This document shows, piece after piece, positions 46,684 to 55,249 of a stretch of 64,000 nucleotides of DNA (positions within the stretch are counted from its first letter, which is position 1; each line of letters begins with the position of its first letter). Source of the stretch: Setoptus koraiensis (Eukaryota; Animalia; Arthropoda). The stretch lies in NCBI GenBank assembly GCA_048013815.1, contig CM106585.1, positions 21,390,001 to 21,454,000 of the forward strand, given 5' to 3'. The translations under genes and the position numbers were made by a program. Below the pieces are notes generated by a model. The model did no database searches. It saw only the letters and a list, made by a program, of their open reading frames with translations, and was not told the DNA's origin.

Positions 46684-49026
46684 ATGAGAGTATTAAGAAA
46701 ATATATTGTTTCTGATTGTATATTATTCTTGTTTATACTGTCACTGCAAATACCGAAAATTCATAATCAATTGTCATCAATTACAGCGACAAACCCATTA
46801 ATACCAGCCAACAATGACAATATTCACAATGATCCCACACTTGCTGTGCCCACCACTCAAGCCACCATGGTGAGCAAACCAGACAAAATTCATCCATACA
46901 AGACTATTGACAAGCAAAAGCCCATAATCGTTCAATATCAATTTGACAACGGACTAGACTGTAATGGTGCCTATCTCAAGCTCATGAAGTCCAACGATCA
47001 ATTCTCAGCATCGTCATCATCAAGCAACACAGACAATTCAAAACATCAACAGCCTTATTCTGTAATGTTTGGTGTGGACAAATGTGGACTAGATGCCAAG
47101 TTACACTTTGTCATGCAGTATTTAAATCCTAAGACCAATCAAATTGAGGAGAAGCACTGGAAATCAGCACAGCACATCGGTCTAATGGAACCAACAGAAA
47201 TAGATCGATATGAGGGGGCACTCGTCCAACAGCCCAATCCCACAACTTCCTTGTTTGATCCCTCTAAACTTTTACCCGGAGATAACAATGAAAACGGTAT
47301 ATCTCTCCAAGACGCCAACCCTGGAGGAGTGTGTCCCATCTCGCCTATCATGCACCTTCCGGCGCCTTCTGATTCATCTAGAACTGATAGTAAAAGTTAT
47401 TATCAGCAACAATTCCTTCCCAACATTGAGTCCAATTCATTCCCCAATATATTGAGTGCTATGCGCTACTACTTTAAGGAAGTGGCAGCTTTATGCATTA
47501 TAACTGGCCTCATCATGAATTATGCACTAGCATTAATTAAATGGAGAATTAGCCGCAGCATGGAAAGCTCTCAAAATGGTCCACCAAACGAATCAAACTT
47601 GAGATCAACCAGGAATTCTCTTCCTTTTGGTCCTATACTGCATGACGATGGAACAATACAGATTGGCAAGATCGCTTTCAACCCGAAGTTACAACTAGGC
47701 CATGGGTGTCGAGGAACTGGTGTCTTCAAAGGAACTTTCGAATCTAAACAGGTTTGTGCCGTTAAAAGAGTTCTATCTCAATATGTAACACTAGCAGGTA
47801 GGGAAATAGAATTTTTGCGGTCTTTACAGAACCCCAACTTAGTTCGATATCTAGCAACTGAAGAAGACGCCCAGTTCATCTATATAGCTCTGGAACTAGC
47901 GGAGTTAACTCTCGATGATTTGATTGAAGGTACCAAAGCTTGTACTCTCAAGAATATAGGAATAGCCAGAGAGGAGCTTTGTCGACAAGCCGCAAATGGT
48001 CTTAGTTATCTGCATGGGATGAACATCGTTCACCGTGATATCAAACCTCAGAATATTCTAATATCGTTCCCACTGCGTCCGGATAATGAACGGAAAATCA
48101 TGATCTCCGATTTTGGCGTGAGTAAACAGTTGGCAAGTATCGATTCTCCTTGTACTTCTAGCGTAAGTCGTTGTCTGGATGGTACTCAAGGTTGGATTGC
48201 ACCAGAAATCTTGAAAGCCGAGCTGGACAAAAGTAAAAAATCAAGGCCCTCCAAATCAGCGGATATATTTTCACTCGGGTGTGTGTTCTGGTTTATATAT
48301 AGTGATGGTGGACACCCTTACGGAGATCCATTCGACCGCCAAACAAATATTTTAAAAGGTGATTTCAAGCTTGATACATCCGACAAATTTTCTCAGGAGC
48401 ATGAAGCACTAGCTGGAATTTTCGAACCTCTAGTTAGATCAATGATAGACCCAAAAATGTCCAAAAGACCGCCTATCGAGGCAGTTTTGTCATATCCGCT
48501 TTTCTGGAGGAAATCGCGACAACTGCAGTTTTTGCTTGACGTCTCGGATCGAATTGATAAAGAGCAAAATTGCTTTTTAGTTCGTAGAATAAATTTGCAA
48601 TTTATAGTTGATGGAGATTGGCATGCCAAGCTCGAGCCAGATGTTATTGAAGATCTAAGCAGAAGTAGATCATACAATAAAAAGTTAGTATGCCATCTAC
48701 TGCGTGCTATCAGGAACAAGAAAAATCACTATTACGAACTACCACCGAACATCAAAGGAATACTCGGTGATATACCAGATCAATATATAGATTATTTCAC
48801 ATGCAAATTCCCAAAGCTCTTACCACACGTTTACATAGCCACTCAGCCGGCAAGTCATGAAAGTGTTTTCAAACCCTACTATTCAGCCGTGCATAGATTT
48901 TCATCACAAGAGGAAATCGAATCCAGATCGCAATCGAATAGAACATCTAATTGCTTAGATAGTGTGGATATTAATTATTTTGAGTGGCCTGACTTGGACA
49001 CACCGCCATGGCGAAAGTTAAATTAA
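46684..49026 (+). CDS. IRE1: IRE1-type Ser/Thr kinase-endoribonuclease with a non-canonical, calnexin-derived lumenal region (780 aa, intronless)
   Basis: Signal-like CILFLFILSL; TM VAALCIITGLIMNYALALI (47482-47538). Kinase motifs LGHGCRGT, AVKR, HRDIKPQN, ISDFG, GTQGWIAPE and DIFSLGC. KEN domain motifs QLQFLLDVSDRIDKE and LLRAIRNKKNHYYEL...FTCKFPKLL. Confidence 0.95.
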   Translation: MRVLRKYIVSDCILFLFILSLQIPKIHNQLSSITATNPLIPANNDNIHNDPTLAVPTTQATMVSKPDKIHPYKTIDKQKPIIVQYQFDNGLDCNGAYLKLMKSNDQFSASSSSSNTDNSKHQQPYSVMFGVDKCGLDAKLHFVMQYLNPKTNQIEEKHWKSAQHIGLMEPTEIDRYEGALVQQPNPTTSLFDPSKLLPGDNNENGISLQDANPGGVCPISPIMHLPAPSDSSRTDSKSYYQQQFLPNIESNSFPNILSAMRYYFKEVAALCIITGLIMNYALALIKWRISRSMESSQNGPPNESNLRSTRNSLPFGPILHDDGTIQIGKIAFNPKLQLGHGCRGTGVFKGTFESKQVCAVKRVLSQYVTLAGREIEFLRSLQNPNLVRYLATEEDAQFIYIALELAELTLDDLIEGTKACTLKNIGIAREELCRQAANGLSYLHGMNIVHRDIKPQNILISFPLRPDNERKIMISDFGVSKQLASIDSPCTSSVSRCLDGTQGWIAPEILKAELDKSKKSRPSKSADIFSLGCVFWFIYSDGGHPYGDPFDRQTNILKGDFKLDTSDKFSQEHEALAGIFEPLVRSMIDPKMSKRPPIEAVLSYPLFWRKSRQLQFLLDVSDRIDKEQNCFLVRRINLQFIVDGDWHAKLEPDVIEDLSRSRSYNKKLVCHLLRAIRNKKNHYYELPPNIKGILGDIPDQYIDYFTCKFPKLLPHVYIATQPASHESVFKPYYSAVHRFSSQEEIESRSQSNRTSNCLDSVDINYFEWPDLDTPPWRKLN
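46891..47163 (+). other. Calnexin/calreticulin-family lectin-domain fragment within the IRE1 ORF (aa ~70-160)
   Basis: KPIIVQYQFDNGLDCNGAYLKLM...PYSVMFGVDKCGLDAKLHFVMQYLNPKTNQIEEKHWK aligns with calnexin [25 protein letters not shown]...[37 protein letters not shown]. Confidence 0.93.
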
Positions 49027-49337
49027 AGACAAAACATTGAAAGTTTATCATAATGATTGAGTGACAAATATCTTGTACTTTGAGTGAACACATTTGCACG
49101 AAAAGTGTATGAAGGACTCGATCAAGTACCAAAAATGTTTATACGATCTACATCATATTAGTTAACTAGATTGGAACTCAAGATGATCATATCTGCAATA
49201 TTTATATGTATTCTAAAACAGTTTGAAAAGTTGAGTCGACTTGTTGAGAGATCAGTGCTTATTCTCAGAATATATCGAGTTAAAATAGAAAAATAATATC
49301 TCCAGATTTTTCTCCCTAATGCAATTTGGCTCTCATT

Positions 49338-49979
49338 CTAAACAAAACTAGCAAACTTATTATAATGGTGGAGTGGCTTTAAATTGAAGTGTTTCTTCAT
49401 GAAATTAATCATAGCATTAGAAGGCCTATCAATGAGGAGATCTTTGGGTTGTGAATTCAAATCTTTGCTGGCAGACATCATAAGTTTCAGGCCTGTGCCT
49501 TCTCTCCTTTCTACTACGAAAAAGTCCATGACACATAAGCAATTCTCGTACTCTTCCAGTTGATCCATTCCACTGAGGAATAGATTTTTCTTGCATATTC
49601 TAATGTAACCTTTTGGAGTAGATTGTTGATTGATTGAGAAGTACAGATATTCCGAATCTTGGTTTTGCATCAACTTTGCATATGTGGTTATGGAAGATTT
49701 GAGTTTTTGGGCCTGAGCCGATTGCTGGCCTAGATGATCGATGTGAGCGGCCAAACTACTTTTGACACTCTCAATCAATTGATTCCAATCGAATTCGGCT
49801 TTATGGGACTGTTTTCGATGTGCTGTCGAGTCACAATCAACACGGAAAAGTTCGCAGCCATGGAGACATAGAACAATTTCTTCCTCATTTATGTTTGTAG
49901 ATTTGTCTGAAGAAGGTACGCTGTTGTCGATGGTAGCTACTAACAATGGCGACGGTGGAGCAGTCTTTTGTTTTTCCAT
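49338..49979 (-). CDS. ATAT1: Alpha-tubulin N-acetyltransferase (MEC-17 family), divergent; 5' end uncertain
   Basis: IDHLGQQSAQAQKL..IT, GYIRICKKNLF, LCVMDFFV and IDRPSNAMINFMKKHFNL match alphaTAT1 motifs. The frame stays open for more than 50 codons upstream of the ATG. Confidence 0.88.
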   Translation of the reverse strand: MEKQKTAPPSPLLVATIDNSVPSSDKSTNINEEEIVLCLHGCELFRVDCDSTAHRKQSHKAEFDWNQLIESVKSSLAAHIDHLGQQSAQAQKLKSSITTYAKLMQNQDSEYLYFSINQQSTPKGYIRICKKNLFLSGMDQLEEYENCLCVMDFFVVERREGTGLKLMMSASKDLNSQPKDLLIDRPSNAMINFMKKHFNLKPLHHYNKFASFV

Positions 49980-50819
49980 TACGTCGTGTTCTTGAGTCGG
50001 AGCTCTTTCAATTGGCGGCTGACTGAGATGAGAAGCATCTTTAGGAATGTCAATGGACGTCAGTGTAATTGGGTGGAATAAGGCATGACAGTAATAATAG
50101 CGGAGGTAGCTGATTGAATAAACTTTATTTACAACGAAATGTCGAATTCAATATGGCTATTATTACGAACAACAACAATCTTTCGTAAAAAATTTGGTCA
50201 TTTAAATCAGGCGCCCGAGTGATGATGGGTGAACTGTAGCATTGGCGATGCCACAGTTGTGACGGGGGAAACTGCATAGTGAGCATTGCGCCTGCGCTCA
50301 ATTACGCCGAAAGGTTGAACGGCTGCTTGTTGAATGAAACTCGGATCAGCTTTAGATTGCAGTCAGCTGTAAGCCTCGAAGATGTTGGTCATGTTTGGCT
50401 CGGAAATGAGAATGCACTGTTAAGCGTCAAGCATGCACAGATTGTAAGTTAGTGTGGCACAAGTCATTCTTGTGCATAGTGTTTCAGTGGGTTGAGTGTC
50501 CTCAATTTTACTGTGAATCATCATGACAAGCAGCATCTGTGCGTAATGCGCATTTGTATCCGATCGAAACTCGATTTATGACAATCACCTTACGCCGACT
50601 ACATTTAATCTGCCAAGACTGCAACCGTACTACCTCTCTTTATTTGTACTATACTACGTAAAATGTAGTACGTATATAGATATATGTTGTACATGTACAG
50701 TCTATCATATATGCTGGTATATTTATATATACATACATTCACAGAGAGAGAGCGAGCGATAGCGCACCTGCTTGAAGGCTACATTTGTTTGACGTAGAAG
50801 AACAAACAAGAAGTAGGAT

Positions 50820-52124
50820 ATGGATTCCAGACTAAAACAGTGTCAAATAAATAGGGAATTGTATTGTGCAAAGCTGGCTCTCGATGAAGCAAAGCAACGG
50901 ACACTAATGGAGGAACTATCGATTGAGAGTGGTCAAGAGCAACTGGATGAAGTGACTAAAGAAGAGGCTGATCTGGAGTCAGAACTGAAGGATTATGAGC
51001 ATATCAAAGAAATCAATGAGAGTCTGACGAAACAATTAGAGGATGTGCATATACAAATCAAGGAAACAGAGCATGATATTGGGACTATTCGGGCCGATAT
51101 AGAGGAAAAACAATTAAATCTGGAAGAAATTGAGGTTGATTTGAGCGCCAAACAAAATGAGGCTCAAACGCAAGAGGAACTGCACGATAAACTGCTGGAG
51201 TATCGGCAACAAGTTCCTCTTTTGAGCGAAGAAAACGAGGAACTCAAAGCTGAATATGAACGACTGGAATCAACACTTAAGGAAGAAAAAGATAAACGTA
51301 TACGATTGGAAGAAGATAATCAGAAGTTATTGAAAGAAATAGAGGAACTCCGTTCAAGCTCTCTACAGTCCACTGAAGATTTAGATATAGAGCAGCACAA
51401 ATGTGATCAACAAACTAATGAGTTTATGTCAAGATTGACCGAAATAAGTCCTGAGTTAAGTGACAAAAGTTTTGCTGATATAATAGAGACTATTAAAGAT
51501 TACTCTCAAGCTAAAGCAAAATTAGACCGCGCTTCAACAGAATTACAAGAAAGTAATGACAAGGTGAACCAACTGGACAAACAAGTTAAACAACTACAAC
51601 TCGAATGTGATGAGAGACAAAAGAGTCTTAACCAATTTGAGCAAACGAAACGAACTCTTACGTATCAAGTCGATATTTATAAACAAAAAATTGAAAGCAT
51701 GGAACGGGAAAGGCTCGAAGATGAAGATAAATATCGCATCTCGACCTCTCAAAAAGATCTTTTGAATCACAACGATGAACGCTTGAGCATTCTAACCAAG
51801 ACAAATGAAACTCTGAAACAAAGTATAGCACAACTAAGCGAGGAGATTCAAAGTTGGAATGCTAGATATAAAGAGGCCACATCACAATGCTATGCCAACT
51901 GGGTTGCTTGGAAAGAGGCCAACGACAGTTTGGAACAACAAAAGAAAGAGGCGGCCAAGTTACGTCAGATGCTTACTCAATCCGTTAGGTCACCCACTTA
52001 CCCGGAGTATGATTTGTACTCTGGTCGTGCCGGGAGCTCTGCTTCTTTTTCTGAATCGCTACCCCCTCCACCTGCCGCCAGGCCGCCTACACCTCCATTT
52101 TACTCCACGAATGTTAGATTATAA
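50820..52124 (+). CDS. TANGO1/cTAGE5 (MIA3/MIA2)-like coiled-coil protein with a short proline-rich tail; cytosolic region only
   Basis: Long heptad coiled coil. YANWVAWKEANDSLEQQKKEAAKLRQML aligns with the end of TANGO1 CC2 ([28 protein letters not shown]) and is followed by PPPPAARPPTPP. The N-terminal SRL resembles the post-TM SRL of cTAGE5. Confidence 0.68.
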   Translation: MDSRLKQCQINRELYCAKLALDEAKQRTLMEELSIESGQEQLDEVTKEEADLESELKDYEHIKEINESLTKQLEDVHIQIKETEHDIGTIRADIEEKQLNLEEIEVDLSAKQNEAQTQEELHDKLLEYRQQVPLLSEENEELKAEYERLESTLKEEKDKRIRLEEDNQKLLKEIEELRSSSLQSTEDLDIEQHKCDQQTNEFMSRLTEISPELSDKSFADIIETIKDYSQAKAKLDRASTELQESNDKVNQLDKQVKQLQLECDERQKSLNQFEQTKRTLTYQVDIYKQKIESMERERLEDEDKYRISTSQKDLLNHNDERLSILTKTNETLKQSIAQLSEEIQSWNARYKEATSQCYANWVAWKEANDSLEQQKKEAAKLRQMLTQSVRSPTYPEYDLYSGRAGSSASFSESLPPPPAARPPTPPFYSTNVRL

Positions 52125-53194
52125 ATATTTTATTATTCAACCGTCTACATCTTTTTCGAACTTGATCTTGAATAAAAAATTGTTCTGAATTGATCCACAC
52201 AGTTGCGTGCCTGTTGACATCACCCACATTGATGAATAGCTTAAATATATCTAGAATCGCTCATAATCGCCCCTCTTAACATCAGCCATCTCGGCCAGAT
52301 CCAGTGAATTCCTATACCTCTTCGGCTCCACTCAATAGTTGATCTTTCCGATGACCTATGGGCACTTCGACAATAAATCTACTTATGGGTGATATAAATT
52401 TAATAACAATTAGCGCGTTAAGCTTTAAATCACAACTTAGTCAACAGCGATCCGATCCACCAATTAGATCATCAAGACTCGAGTCGGCAATTAGTTACTC
52501 GCTTTGGATCGATATACATCTAAATTTGAGGATCGCAACGTCAATGGGCAGTCTCTGATTGATCTGGGTAGCACTGTCTTGGCAGTGCTTGGGTGTTCTT
52601 AACTCGAATGACAGAAATCTACTTTAAAAGATTGGAGAAACGAGGGCCGAAATCGATAAAGAAAAGAAAATACTACAGAAGAAGTAACGAGAGAGTCAGA
52701 AAGAAAAGTTGAAACAAAAAGACAAATCCTTAATATGTCTTGGAATTAGTAATTGATAAAATGCAGGCGGTAGACCAACTGGGAAAAGAGGTCTATTGCC
52801 ATGAAACATCGAACAAAAGAAGAATGAGGCAATAAGGAAATCGATCAATCAACCGATCACTGTTTGATATTAGAATTGGTTTGGCGATGAATTTGCTTCT
52901 TAAAATGAGGGTGCTCAAAGGATAGATTATATTGAAGCTCGGGTTCGAATATAAGTCAAAGGATTGTCTTCTACTGATCTTCAATTAGTTGGAATCAATG
53001 TCCTCAGGATCCTGCAAACCTAGCCACACATTTCATGGAAGTTATTGCTTTTATGGTCTTTAATAGGTTACAATCGCTTGCTTCACAAAATGGGGTGAGT
53101 ATATTTTTTGTGACTGTTAAAAGACAGCTATAGAGTAAAGGTCGATGACTATTTCTAACGCAATGAATGTAATGAAAACTAAATCTACTTCGCT

Positions 53195-54126
53195 CTACTT
53201 TTTCTTATCCTTGGATGCTAACTGTTTTTTCCTTTGAGACCACATGTAACGCATCAAAAGATAGATAGCTTCAAGGGAACGAGATCGAAGATGGAGAAGT
53301 TTCATTAGGGGAAATGATTAGTGGCAATTGATAATAATGATAGTAGTATAATAGTTAATAACAACAGTAATAGCCATCAATGATAAAATTGGATTATATC
53401 TTACTTGGAAAAAGTATGAATACCACATAGATGCGCAATGCTGTTGGTAAATGAAATGAAACATTCAGTCGGTTTGGCAATGAAATGGAATATTCGCCAG
53501 TTTTCTCGTATCGGCTCAGACTCCGAGTGATGACCATTGCTGTTCCAAGTCCGAATAAAGAAGGTGAGAAAGCATCAATTGAGAGAAAGATGCAATATAT
53601 AATCAATTTAGTGCTAGAGATTTGGTTGCTTTCTACTACTTGAGTTGACCCTGGATAACTTACATTCACAAAAACCTCCGAGAGGATATAGAGGCAAGAA
53701 CAGTGAGTATCTCAGCCATGTCAAAGGTTCAATGTTGACACTGAACACTCTTAAGGCATAGAAGGGATATCTTACAATCTCTATCGTTGACCATACTAAA
53801 ATCAAGTAGAATACAAATGGTTCCGAATTGATACGAATCTCAGATTGGCCCAAGAATAAGATCACTATGAGGCGTCCAGTAACTTGCGCGAATGTCATAA
53901 AAGCTCCGCCAGGAACCAGGCCACAGATGCTGTGGACAAATTCTAGATATTGTATAAATGTCAGGAGTTTAATGATGGAACAAGCCGCCTCTATGGTGTC
54001 GTCAGCTAGAGTCCGACTTATGGCCTTGATGATTAAGACCAAAAAGACAAACAAGAAGCCAATGAACATCATTAGGTTGTATACGAATAGGTAAGTTTTC
54101 CTGCAGTCATGAGCTATAATTGACAT
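53195..54126 (-). CDS. HACD3: Very-long-chain 3-hydroxyacyl-CoA dehydratase (PTPLA family, HACD3-like); exons 54126-53664, 53539-53405, 53268-53195
   Basis: Motifs YLFVYN, LEFVH, QVTGR, WSTIEIVRYPFY, LTWLRYSLFLPLYPLGGFCE. Two phase-consistent GT-AG introns (124 and 136 nt) join to YLLMRYMWSQRKKQLASKDKKK-stop, which ends in an ER-retrieval-like dilysine. Confidence 0.88.
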
Positions 54127-55249
54127 TTTGTTTGACGTGTGTGAGGCCAGAGAACAAGCGAGAAATTGTGATTAAAGCTCTGTATCAGGTCTTCAGAATG
54201 TCATAATTCAATTCCGCCTAACTTACCCTGTCTGACAGTGTTCCTACTTCTAGGCTCACAGGCCTCTCGTCTATAGTCGAACTTCATGGTTGCTCTGTTC
54301 CTTCTAAACGGATTGAATATGTCAACAGATTCTCCTCCTCTTTCAATCTGTGATTGCTTGGTATTTATATCCCTATAAATCTTTTTGACATAGTCACCCT
54401 TTTCGTAACAAATATTTTCGCTAGATCTCTTTGTTGTGTCACAATCACGCTTGTCTTCTAAATCAATTCCATCTTGTTGCATTCTCTCGAAAAATTTGAA
54501 TGATATATTCTTTTGTTGTATATGCTGACAACTTAATTGATTCTCTAATCGATCATTTCGTTGGTTGCGTGAATTTGCAATTGAAACTGGATTTATTTTC
54601 TTTTTTACTCACAATCTATTGATCAGCTGGGTGACTCATGACAATTCGAAGAGAGCCCCGCAGCAGTGTCGCGCAAGCGCCAACTATATTTACCAGTATT
54701 GTGTCGTGTCGTGTTCGACTCGAAACGAAACGAAACGAAAAGAAGCCTGACGATACCAGAGAATATTCAAGAAAAAAATAAAGCTGATTCTGACAGTTGG
54801 CTTATGTTATTAATGTTGATGACACAATTGCAATGGGTCGATTGTTGGAACCACATGTCAATCGAGTCAGACGTGTTAGCGTGAACATTGGCGTGGTAAA
54901 CATGATGCGTCGGGTACCGAGCATATCCACAACGAGCGATATCACGAAATAAGGCGAATCCTTCCAAACTGCCAGACCATTCATAAAAGACACAGAAAAC
55001 TCAGCCTGATATTTGAAAAGTAGTCGATTTGTTCGTGTTCTGTGAGCCATCGACCAGATCTTATACAAGCAATGGCCAGTGGTCATTATCAACGGTCTGG
55101 GATGCGATGCATCCTTGCACTCGCCACCTGAACGCCGTGCCCTATCTGTTTTTCAGTCTCTATTGATCTCGGAAGACACGAAAAAGACATCTCAATACTT
55201 TCTTTATTATCACCAAACAGTCATAAATAATTCACTGGATTGTTACCAT

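Noticed and set aside
52200-53190. Coding-looking fragments between the TANGO1-like gene and HACD (e.g. DPANLATHFMEVIAF with a GTGAGT donor at ~53095)
   Set aside because: All frames have frequent stops and no coherent gene model or family could be built. It may be UTR or decayed sequence.
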